Assembly (NCBI RefSeq): GCF_006345805.1
Contig: NW_021832227.1
Coordinates: forward strand, 186,001 to 250,000
Source: Octopus sinensis
Taxonomy: Eukaryota
Direction of reading: 5' to 3'
DNA length: 64,000 nucleotides
This document shows positions 1 to 11,006 of this stretch, piece after piece. Below the pieces are notes generated by a model, which saw nothing but the letters and a program-made list of their open reading frames with translations, made no database searches and had not been told where the DNA came from. The position numbers and the translations under genes are program-made. Each line of letters starts with the position of its first letter. Within the stretch, counting starts at the first letter, position 1.

Positions 1-362
1 ATTGACATTTAATTTCTCCAAACATTTTTCGAAGGCAATATTGGTAATATTTATCATATATATGTTTTTCAGCTGTATCGAGTTTCCATCTTTTACCTGA
101 TCTAAATATGAATGTTGAAAAATTAGAAATCCCGGTTAATCTTAATTAAAGTTAATTTCAAAATGAGCAAACTACAATAACATGAATCATCTTCCAAATT
201 TTAAATTATTTTTTAAACAATTAAATTAAAATATAATTAAATAATTAAAACTCACAGAAATTATATTCCAATTACATTTCCTGCTATTACTAAGTAATTA
301 GTAAATTTCTTTTTTTTACAATTTTTAACAAGTTCGAGTGTTAATTAAGTGAATTTATGATG

Positions 363-1243
363 TTAATTCTTTAATTGAGAGGACGCGCCAATAGATAGGC
401 AGTTTTCGCGCAATATCGCAAGCGAAATGCGCTGAAAAAGCCAGCTAGACTCACTTCTCTTGTGACTTTTCTTCGAGATCATCAAACCGATTTCTAAAAG
501 GAACCCCAGGGCTTTCGGGCCGATTATCCCACTCGTCTCGAAAGCCAGGGGGACGAAAAGGCAGGTGTTCTCCAATGAGGCGTACTTTGCGATTTTTTTC
601 GTTTCGGCATGTGCGGAAGCTGAGCCAGGGCGGGACGCGGAGTCGATGAGAGATGACGAGGAAAACGAGTCGACACAGGTCACGTCCCAAACGAGAGCGA
701 GTCCCCCCTTGAACGGGAATAGCGGGGACCCATCGGGACGTTTTCCGTCACCACGGTCTAACCCAACCGGCTCCAGGACCAAAGGAAATCCTGCGGCGTT
801 GAGCGCGCGCTTAACAATATCGTTTAAGGTGGCATGTCTGGGTATACGGCCGGCACTGAGGCGACAAGAGAGGGGGTGTAGCCCTCTCCTGTCAATGGCT
901 TTAGGCAGATATCTTCGAGTGTATAAGAACAATGTATCTCATCCCAGTTCTTTTGAACTGAGGGGACGTCCGGGATTTCAAGCCCACGAGAAATCCACAT
1001 GTTGACACCTGCCGCATATTCCGACAACTCGGGCTGTTCAGAGAAGGGGTAGAGAACAGAGTTGACAAAACTAGCGGAAGCAGACAACGAGGAAAGGTAA
1101 CATGGGAAGAATAAATCTCCACAAGAACGAATGCCGATGCCCCCGTAACGAATAGGTAAATTAACCCGTCGCATGTCTGAAGGTTTGAATTTGATATTTA
1201 CGAGGAGCTCAAGAGTTTTGGAGACCATGTTGTCGAGACGGTA
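363..1243 (-). mobile_element. 5'-truncated, internally deleted CRE-clade non-LTR retrotransposon (RT thumb + RLE endonuclease)
   Basis: GC-rich island. LPIRYGGIGIR, LHPLSC...RH..LND, RPDG, WDVTC, AE.KK..KY, ETSG and WLFQRISLAILR motifs align with the 911-aa ORF at 45656; frame change and missing segment near 900. Confidence 0.9.
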
Positions 1244-1376
1244 AATTTCTTAGATTTAATAAAGAAAAAATCTAATAATTATTTAAATTAAACGTATTTA
1301 TTCGTTTAATTAAATTCTATTCTAAAATAAAAATTTTTTATTTCATCATCATATTACACGTGCATTTAATCCACCA

Positions 1377-4300
1377 ATGAACGGTTCTACTATTTTTTCG
1401 CGTTTGTCAAAAGATGTATTTCCTCAAAGTTATCAACTCTCATTAAAAATTGACACTGAAAAAGATGTTTTTACAGGCAATGTCACGATCGCAGTGACGG
1501 TAAATATTTAAATATAAACAATTTTGACAGATTATTGCTTTAGACACTCCACAAATAATGCTCCACTCAAATTGCCTTGATATTCAACAAGTTTTAGTAA
1601 ATCAAGGTAATTAGAAAAATCCAATTTCAGATAATGAAATTGACGTTTCGGTCAAATTTTCTGTTAATGAAGAATCTCAGATACTTACAATAAATTGCCC
1701 ACAACTAGTAAAATATATTCAATATAATAGAAAATTGGACGTGCTCAAATCAAAATTAAATACAACGGGCAAGTAAATAAGCAATTATTTGGGTTGTACC
1801 GAACTACGTACAAGTACGAAGGAAGAACAATTCGAGGTGTGGCTACCGATTTTGAGGCAAGTTGAGGATTGACAGTTCATTAGACCACAAATGCTAGAAT
1901 GGCTCTCCCATGTTTTGATGAGCCAGAATTCAAAGCAGTTTTTACTCTGTCAATTATAACTCGAAAAAACCAGACTGTTCTCTCAAATACGGTTTTTTAA
2001 TATTTATACTAATTTTTAAGGATATTTGTAAAACGGAGACTTGGCTAAATGAAAATAATGACGATTTTGTGATGACTTCATTCGAACCTACACCTCCCAT
2101 GTCGACATACCTGCTTGCGATTGTTGTGGGAGAATACGACTATATTGAGGACTTTTCATCCAGTGGAGTTAAAGTCAGGGTTTATACTGGCCCCGGAAGG
2201 CAAGAGGAGGGTCGATTTGCTTTGAAAGTGATCATTTTCAGACATTTTAGATCGCTTGTCGTGCAATTGACTTTTATACTGATTTTTTTAAATATCCTTG
2301 CGTGATGAAGAAATGTGACTTGATTGCCGTTGCGGACTTTGCTTTTTGTTTGTTTTTTGTACTTTAACCTTTCAGCCGCAATGGAGAACTGGGGGTTGGT
2401 GATTTTCCGTGAAACAGCACTTTTGGCCACGGAAGGGATTTCCTCGACGAATATCCTCAACCGAGTGGCCGTCGTTGTAGCCCACGAGATTGCCCATACG
2501 TGGTTCGGGAATTTGGTTACAATGGACTGGTGGACTTATTTGTGGCTCAACGAGGGATTTGCCACATGGATTTCATATTTGTGTGTTGACAATATTTTCC
2601 CCGAGTACGACATTTGGTCTCAATTCCAAATAAACGAGATCTCCGTGGCAATGAATTTGGATTCCTTGCAAAGCAGTCACCCAATCGAGATCGAAATTGG
2701 AGCTCCTTCAGAGGCAGATGAGATATTTGACAAAATATCATACGCCAAAGGATCTTCCATAATAAGCTATCTCTACGAGTATATTGGCGACACGGTAAAT
2801 CACGGAATTCCGTAGTTTTAGAAATTCCGTGAAGGAATGAGATTGTATATATCTCGACATGAGTTTGGAAACACAACATCCTCTGATTTGTGGACTGCAT
2901 TGCAACAAGTGACTTGTGTGGATATCGGGGAAATTATGCGCTGTTGGATATCCCGGAAAGGATTTCCGTACCTTACGGTTGTCCCTCAATTTTCACGATA
3001 GGTTTCCCAACTTTCGACCACCGACAGTAACTCAGAATCAGTTTATAGAGCAGAATCAGTGTATTAGAGGAAATGGTTTTTAGCAGTTTTTTTTATATTA
3101 GACGAGTCGTTTTTATGGAAGGTCCCGTATAATTTAATCCAGGAATCATTCCCGACCAATCCGTCCAAATTTTTTTTGAAAGACAAAAAGGAAATAATTA
3201 CGATCAAATCAAGTAGAGACGAATGGATTAAAGTAATAAAAATGTTGTATTTTTAGTTCAACGCTGGAAATGGGGGGTTTTATCGAGTTAAGTACGTCGG
3301 GGCACTGAAGGATCTTATAATCAGTGCCTCGTCGAATTTGTCGGTAAGGGACAGAGTTGGACTTTTGACGGACTTTTTGTTTTTGGTTTGTATACTAATG
3401 GAATTATGACATTAGGCTAACATTGGAGAAATGTCTTTGGTTGATGGACTTGGACTCTGTTGGAATCTCCGCAATACGACAAACTATAATATTTGGCTGA
3501 GCATATATAATATCATATCGATTGTTGGTTTGTTTGTTCAAGACACTGAATCTTGTAATCCATTTCGGGAATTCGTGGTACAACTGGTTAAAGTACCATA
3601 TGAAAGTGTTGGATGGACGGTTGTTAAGAGCGAAGGGATTTTTAAGCAGAGTAAAAACTCTAGATTGCTCAATTTCTATGTTGAGGACACTCATATTTGG
3701 AATTCTGGCCAAATTTGGTCCAATTGAATTCCAAAATCGTTGTCGAGATGCATTTAACTGGATTGTTGAAGGAATACCAGTCCATGCGGATCTTCAGACT
3801 GCAATTTTGCAGTCAGTATTACTGAATGGAACAGACCGATTTGACGATTTGAACAAAATCCTCACGTGCTATAGAAACGCTGAACTTGGCGAAGAAAAAG
3901 CCCGTATTTTGTCGTGTTTAGGATTCGTACAAGACAGAGAACTTGTTGATTATGTTTTGAAATTTGCTGAATCCGTATATTTATGTATTTTTACTGTAAC
4001 AGGAAGAGGTTAAGGGACAAGATTATTTCTACGTTTTTTCTGGGTTTTCAGGGACGAAATGGAGTTCTTGGATTGTCTGGGAATATTACAAAGCAAATTA
4101 CGACAAAATATCAGAGAAAGTGACTTCTACCAAACTAATAACCAACATTTTACAGGTAATTTTGAGTATTTTGATTTAAAGTTTGTGACTGCGCAGTTTA
4201 ATACTGCAGGGGAAATTGAGGATATGAAGGTTTTGAGGGTTTTTATTTATGATTAGAAATTTTTCTCGAGTTTTAACACGAAAATTATTGAGATGGCTGT

Positions 4301-4391
4301 GAGTCAGAATATTGAATGGGCAGAAGTAAGAAAATGTGTTTGTGAAGAAAATTACGGTTCTGTCAATGACTATATGACACAGTTTAATTAA
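1377..4391 (+). CDS. NPEPPS: M1 family aminopeptidase (puromycin-sensitive aminopeptidase-like), multi-exon, copy 1
   Basis: After removing 22-31 nt introns: ATDFETTNARMALPCFDEP, DFAFSAMENWG, HEIAH...NEGFA (HEXXH-18x-E), YAKG and an ERAP1-like C-terminus; ATG 1377, TAA 4389-4391. Confidence 0.88.
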
Positions 4392-4829
4392 CTTTGTTTC
4401 TTTATCGGTTTCATTTTTGTTGAAAAAATGTTATTTTGTGTATTTATATTGTTAAATATGTTTAGAAAAAATATGTTATTTGATCTTGAGACTTGTTAAT
4501 TACATTTTTAATTGGTTAATAAATTCCGATGAGTAAACACGACAGTAATATCAAATAGACTTGAATCAATTTTTGTGAGAATTTTACATTTATATGACAG
4601 CAAATTTTTGCTGTCAACAATAAAAGTTGAATGCTTTCCTGAATCAAGTTCATCAAAGTCGTTGGAATTGTCAATAGTCTGAGAGGACTCCTGGTCCATT
4701 TTAATTCCGCCCAACATTCTTATTAGTGGTCATTCTTATTACTGGAGTGTTACGCAAATATTTTTTCTAGTATCGAGGAATGTTAAAATCTCATAATTCG
4801 TTCACAGAAGAATCAAAAATTATTATATT

Positions 4830-5030
4830 TTAGTAAATAAATTCGCCAAATCTTTTGAGTTTGATTTCTTCGGCGTCGTAAGAGCGACTATCAAGTTCGT
4901 AGTTTTTAAATTTTTGAACAAACGGTGAATATTTATCAATCGAGTCATTCATCAAAAAGAGTGTATTTTCTCTATTTTGAGTTGAGATGGGCACAAAATA
5001 GAAAGATAAAAATAAAAATAGCAGAAGCAT
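4830..5030 (-). CDS. Putative small secreted orphan protein
   Basis: Hydrophobic signal-like N-terminus MLLLFLFLSFYFVPIST; the second copy (21647-21835) differs by an in-frame 12-nt indel. No family recognised. Confidence 0.3.
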   Translation of the reverse strand: MLLLFLFLSFYFVPISTQNRENTLFLMNDSIDKYSPFVQKFKNYELDSRSYDAEEIKLKRFGEFIY

Positions 5031-5382
5031 ACTCAACACGTCAGCAAATGCTGTAAGAGTTGCGCAATAACATTTATATGAAAAGAACTGGTTTCTGAGA
5101 TTTCCGATAAAGATTCCTTGTTTATTATATATTGAAAATGATCACAAAAGTGACTTTATTTAGCAAAAGATTATTTTAAAGACACATAAATAAACAGAAA
5201 TCATGCCATTTAGTTGCCTTATTGTTTTAATCCAATTAAAAAAATAAAACCTGTTATCAGTTTTTTAGTTTTGATTTTTTAAAATCTATTTAATAACTAA
5301 AACAATTTTAAATAAATAAACACGATAATATTTGATTTACGTGATTTTTACGTGTTGACCAATACATTTAAAAATTATAGAA

Positions 5383-7897
5383 ATGTCAATCTCACGAAAT
5401 AATCAAACCTATGAAATAAACTCCGATCAAAAATATCGCGTTTTCGTTAACTTACTGGACGATTCAACCGTAAGTCTAGACATTCACAATCACACATTGG
5501 GACTAAATATCCTCGAGAGTGTGTGTCGTCATATTGGAATTCCAACTGTATATATATTGAATAAATTCAAGACAATTTATTTTTCATTCCGATTTCTGGA
5601 CAAGGATGGCCAATCTCGTTTCATTAGATTAGACAAACCTGTTATAAAACAGCTTAAAACGAGCCTCAGTCCTCAAAAAATAATTTTTTCAGTCTTTTAT
5701 TACTCGATCCAAACAGTTTTTGAACAGCATTTCTTGTTAAATTATTTTGATTATTTTAGTGACCAATTTTTCCTCCAATTAAACCGGAACTACTTAAAAT
5801 GCAACTTGGGACTAGAAAAATCAGAAATAACTTTTCTTACGAGTTGTTTAGTCCACAGTTTGTGATTTGACTGAATTTACTAACAGAAATTAGTTTTCCT
5901 AGCTACAAATCCCTCCTATGAGCTCAAGGACTCGTTGATTGTTTCATTTCTGCCAAATTTCCTCAAAAAATATTCACATTATTTTTATATTTCTCGAGTC
6001 ATCAACGAACTTTCTTTAATTTCTAAAATGTCATTAAAGGATGTCAAAAAATCGTTTATGGAGACAATGGTCAGCCTCCCTCACTACGGGACTGAATTTT
6101 TTCCCGCCAGAATTAATGTTGAGTTTATTGATATCATTCTTAATAGGACAGATTGGTCTCACTAGGCATATCAAGTGAGCACGTGGTATTGTGTAGTAAT
6201 TCTCATTCAAAATCATTCAAGTGTGACATTTTTTAATCATTTTAGATGGGCGGGAGTTTCCTGTGTTAAAAATTTAGGACATTCAGTTGTTTTTTACATG
6301 CACGATTCCACAATAACGTTTATTTTTGTATGATTTTTTGCTAATTAAAAGGCCTCTCAAAGCTTAGCAAAGTACATTGGCTGGCTCTCAGCAGAAATCG
6401 GTCGATTTCAGATTTAGTAAGAATTTTATTTTTTATTTTTATATAGCGATTGTTTTTACATTTCCAATGGAATAGTTCCTGAGAAGTATTTTATGGGATT
6501 TATACTTTTAGAATCCCCGAAAACTGTTGTAATATCAATTCTCCAAAAGTTGAAAAGTCTCGGAACAGTTTTAAAGACAGTCGTGAAAATTTGGCGGAAA
6601 AGTAATTTTTATAATCACCGAAAGTCCGTCGGGACCAGAAAATCGACAATTTATAACTTCATCTTTGAAAAAATTGAAATCGATGGGCAAAAATATTTTA
6701 AAAAAATCAAATACAAGCATAAATCAGCTTACTTTGAAGAAGTCTCGGGATTTGCCTCATCCCTTTGTTCAGTCTTACAGTTTTGAAGGAAGTTTAAAAC
6801 CGCCTCCCGTCGATTCAGACTCCGAGCAACTTGAAAATACCGTTTTTAGTATAAAATTTATTTTAGTCCCATTTGTCGATCTGGGGGCCTTTTACAGCCA
6901 GTGTTTTGTGTGGTATGGCCTGGAATCCTCCAATTGATATTAAAAAACTTACATGTGAAGGAATCCTCCCCCAAACACAGGTTTTTTCAAGTTTGACTAA
7001 TTTTTGCCTAGAAAATTGGCTGTGTGGCCAAAAAACGTTATAAGCCTCGAGCAACTGAATTTCTTTCGATTTACCCACAGCTGGCGACCATTTTTCGGGA
7101 TGCCAAAAAGCGGGAGAACGAAGGTCTGAATAACGACCCTCGTGTACTGCCATACGACCACAATCACGTGGAAGTACCCTGGAGTCAGCGGAACCCGGGT
7201 GGATACCAAAATGCCTCGTTTGTACGTCTGAGTGTCCAAAATGTGGTTCTTGATTTTATCGTGGCCCAAAACCCCAAATTTCCTAACGATTTTTGGAATA
7301 TGGTTTGGCGTGAGAAGGTCGGTCTTATAATGTGTCTCGATGATGGTCAGATGGATTATATTCCATCGCTAAAGAACTCCGAATTTGATATCGTACTTAT
7401 ATACTGTGCATGATAGGTATCTGTGACTTTGAGACATCAATATGACTGGAAGAGCTGTTTGGCACGTCAACTTGCTGTTGAGGTTGAAGGACAGTTTCGT
7501 ACTGTTTGGCAGCTTGTATATCATGATTGGTCTCCGAATGGGACTCCTGCGTCACTTGACCAATATCTTGGTACAATTTATTGTGATATGATTAGATTTT
7601 ATGGACGAGGTTGACTCTCTAAGGGAGGCTCAGTCTGGGAAGGATTTGAGTGGAGTTTTAGTACACTGTTCCAATGGAGCTGGGAAATCTGGACTGCACG
7701 TATTTTTGGAATTTTGTAAAATATTCATTGACAATTCCTTGGTTTATTTCCTCATTAAAATTGTACAGGAAGTGGACTATATGTCTATTTTACATTGCAT
7801 AAGAAAGCAACGTATGATGGCTGTCACATCTCTGGCTCAATATTTGTTCGCAATTGATTTTGTCGATAACTATCAACTTAAATCATTCTGTGTTTGA
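5383..7897 (+). CDS. FERM-domain protein tyrosine phosphatase (PTPN14/PTPN21/Pez-like), predicted catalytically degenerate, copy 1
   Basis: N-terminal FERM (VNLLDD...VCRHIGI...YFSFRF, FFLQL, LPHYGTEFF) and C-terminal PTP (VLPYD, FIVAQNP, DFWNMVW, RTVWQL, VHCSNGAGKSG, IRKQRM) join in one frame using GT-AG introns of about 23-36 nt. Confidence 0.85.
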
Positions 7898-8157
7898 ATA
7901 ATTAGTTATTTGTTACTTCCTATGTAAAATCATGCCTAGTGGTACATGTAGTGTATTTAAATTATAAAAAATTTATTTGCGAAAATATCTGAGAAACGCT
8001 CATCTTATTTTGTGGGATTGTATAAGACCAAAATACCACAAAAATATTTAAAAACCACCAATTTATCGGATTAAACAGCAATAAAAACAGTCAAAATCTA
8101 TCACCAATGTATAAACAAATATAAATCAGGAGAATGTAGTCGCTCAATGGGCCAAAT

Positions 8158-8763
8158 CTACATTTTTAAAACAAAATTAAACCATTTTGGTATGAGTTTA
8201 GGCCAGTCGTTTCCAACTGAGTAATCCTGACAGGAACTCGCGAGATATGAATCGTTAATAAAGTCGTCTGTGAATCCTCCACTCTAAAAATCACACAAAA
8301 ATCAATAACCGGCTTATCTCTCAAATAAATGCATTTTCTATAAATACACGATTGCTTCAGCACTTTCCGTTTAAGACAGTTTTTGCAATTATTGCAGTTC
8401 TGCTTGACATTGCACGGCCCACACTGCCCACATCGCTTCCTTCTTTGGCTTCTAACTTTTGGAAATGGCTGTGTGCCAGGAAAGTGGCCAAAATCTGACT
8501 GCATTGATGCAAGATAATTCTCAGAATGTACCACTTTTGAATTTGGAATGACCAATTTCTTTTCTGGAATGGCCTTGTTCTCATTTTGGCAGGGCTTTGG
8601 TGGCTCAAATGGGCCATATTTGTCAATCAATGTCCCAAGTCCATGAAAATTCCCACTTGAGGGGAGAATATCCAACAAATTGAGAGTTTTGCATTCGTGA
8701 TAAAGCTTTGGAGGCTCAATGTGTGTTCGGACAAAGTTAGAAATCGGCTCATCAGCCTTTGAG
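8158..8763 (-). pseudogene. CXXC zinc-finger gene, 5'-truncated copy
   Basis: Matches 24960-25565 but lacks the ATG, about 24 N-terminal codons and the upstream region, which are replaced by a CRE RT fragment. Confidence 0.75.
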
Positions 8764-9081
8764 CTCAATTACCAATCTATGCAACCGTTTTATCTCCGGT
8801 TCGCTTCCTGATTTTGCTCGCGGTATCTTATTTTCTGCAAACCTCACTGCCCTCGGGAAGAAGACAACGGCGTAAGACCCATTGCTGTGGGAAATATTTT
8901 CCGGAGGGTCTCCGCTAAGCTTCTCTGTCATGCCATTGTTCCCTGTTTGTCTCCAAACTTTCTGCCTGCTCAACTTGGTGTCGGCGTTTCCAATGGTTGC
9001 GAGGCCGCGACCCATTCCATTCGTGAGCTGTTAGAATTTTCCGAGGAGTTTATCATGGTCAAACTGGACGTATTGAATTAA
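8759..9081 (+). mobile_element. Internal RT fragment of a CRE-clade retrotransposon
   Basis: LSSITNLCNRFISG...LFSANLTALGKK/DNGVRPIAVGNIFRRVSAK...QLGVGV..GCEA...VKLD aligns with the RT at about 46360-46690; one frameshift near 8860. Confidence 0.88.
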
Positions 9082-9754
9082 TTATTAATTTATTAAAAAT
9101 GTTAAATATCGAGGCTTATACTCCCTCCAGATGATTTTTTCTTTAGAAGCCTCCACACTTTTGTTGAAATTGCGATTTTTTTAAAAGTCGTATAAGTCGT
9201 CCGGATAGTTTTGTGAGTAAATTCTATAAACATCAATCTGTCTCGAACAATATAAATTAGCCTACATTTAGTCTGTGGCTATCCGGAAAACAGTGGAGAG
9301 TATGCGTACAGAACATACGTTTGAAATGATCTCGTCGGAAGAATGACAAAGTCTCAGTTTGCAAATGGAACAACGGAGGAAGCTTTGCCGAGTGTGGCTA
9401 TCGGTCTTGAGAGCGTTATAAAACCACATTATTATTCACGGAAATAACGTGTTATTTATTGTAATATAAAATATATTGATTCCTATTTTATAGATTAGGG
9501 ATAACGTTAAATAGAAACCTAAACTTTTTCAGTGCCCTATCTAAAACCCTAATGTTACCTTAACATTGAAGAAATGAAATTTATTACTCAAAGGATCCAT
9601 GAGGCCAATCGTTACGGACACAATTCATTGGAAACTTTATAATAAAAAGAAATTTTGATAGTCAAATATAAAAATCATTCTTTTTTTGTTGAAAAAAATA
9701 ATTATTAAATGGAAATCAGGATTTGCCAGTGGCCGCACCGCGGATAGCAAGCGA

Positions 9755-10136
9755 GTTATCTCACAAGATTGGTATCGATATCCTCTGGTAGCTGGTTTTC
9801 CGGAAGTCATTGGTCTTTTCTCCAATGAGCTTCTTAATAGACGAAAGAATCCTCTTCCCCTCGGGCCCAATCATGCCCCTCGTCTCCACGGCGATTGGGA
9901 CGAAGTGGTACGAGTCAGGAGCGATGCGTACTTCCTCGTTTGTTTTCCTCGACCCGGCAAGACGCGAAGCTAGGACACGACGCAGACTGAGTAACGGTCC
10001 CCGGAGCAAAGGTGTACAGGTTGCATCCTATACGAGACACTTCCCCTCGCTGAATGGGAAGACCGTCATTCCGTCTGGACGATTGCCGTCTCCGCGATCA
10101 AGACCAGTGGCCTCCAGAACCGAAAGGAAGCATTAA
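9755..10136 (-). mobile_element. CRE-clade RLE endonuclease 3' fragment, degenerate
   Basis: [30 protein letters not shown] and FVPIAVETRGMIGP...KTND motifs, with frameshifts. Confidence 0.85.
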
Positions 10137-10299
10137 GGTCCCGGAAAAAATTAAAATCATTTAAAACCATTCTTAATCTTGAAAAAATCAAGTTAATCTG
10201 ACATTGACTAGTTGACATTGATTGGTCGCGGCTTGCACTGCGCTTTCAACATATTATCATGTCAAAGAATTGGCGATAATTTTTTTTAATTGAAAATTT

Positions 10300-10950
10300 G
10301 CGGAAGGACAGTAAACGTTATTTTATAGAGTTGCAAGTCAATTTTGGAACAATTCAAAACTAAAAATTCATCTACAAAGACAGTCAAAAAGTTAAAGTTC
10401 CCGCAACAGGACCTCATTCGGAAAATGCAAAAACTTTAAAGATACAGTATCTGTGATTTTATACTTAAATATGCCTGGAAATCATAAATTAAAGCCTTTA
10501 TTGACCACAAAATTAGTAAATCTGAGCATACTTCAAGAAATATTATCAAGGACGGATATTTACGATCCGATTGAAATTGAATTGATTTATATGCCAACAT
10601 TTGATTATATCAAACAATACAAAAGAAAGAAGTCTATTTTTAATTGGGTTACTTGAATACTTTTGATCGAGGTATGATTCTAAAACAGAACATTGAGTTG
10701 ATTTTTAGTTCATATTTAAAACAGGAAAATGAATAAAAAATACTGATTAAACCTTCTTTCCAAAAAAGATATTTTTGAGATTTTGGTTAAAATATAAAAG
10801 TTAAATCGAAGCAGATTACTGGATGTTGCGCTGCAAAATCTAGAAGATGACTATAAGAGAGGTCAATTTAAAAGATTACGTACTCCCTTTATGAAAATGA
10901 CAAAGAAAATCAACGAAAAAAATGTGTAGAATTGCTAAATCTTCAGAAAT
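10300..10950 (+). mobile_element. Degenerate pogo/Tigger (DDE_1) transposase remnant
   Basis: ILYLNMPGNHKLKPLL resembles the pogo-family N..G..KLKPLVIG motif; many stops. Confidence 0.5.
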
Positions 10951-11006
10951 CGCTGGAGAAAATAAGCAGAAAATCTTTATTCTGAAACTGTGTGCCCAAC
11001 TATATA

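Larger units (their letters stand above)
1..8763 (+). repeat. Segmental duplication, copy 1 (probably extends left of the window)
   Basis: Matches 16819-25565 (offset 16818 at the start, 16802 at the end); paired ORFs are identical or near-identical; similarity stops abruptly after ...CAGCCTTTGAG at 8763. Confidence 0.97.

Noticed and set aside
565-1005. Long antisense or overlapping ORFs on CRE copies (also 9810-10136, 42271-42652, 45993-47217, 47987-48557)
   Set aside because: Shadow frames of GC-rich retroelement coding sequence.
9270-9420. Moderately GC-rich patch with repeated TGTGGCTATC and a minus-strand CxxC..LC peptide
   Set aside because: Too short and degenerate to assign; only a 10-bp repeat.
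9494-9552. TTAGGG/CCCTAA telomere-like inverted motifs
   Set aside because: Single units only; expected by chance.
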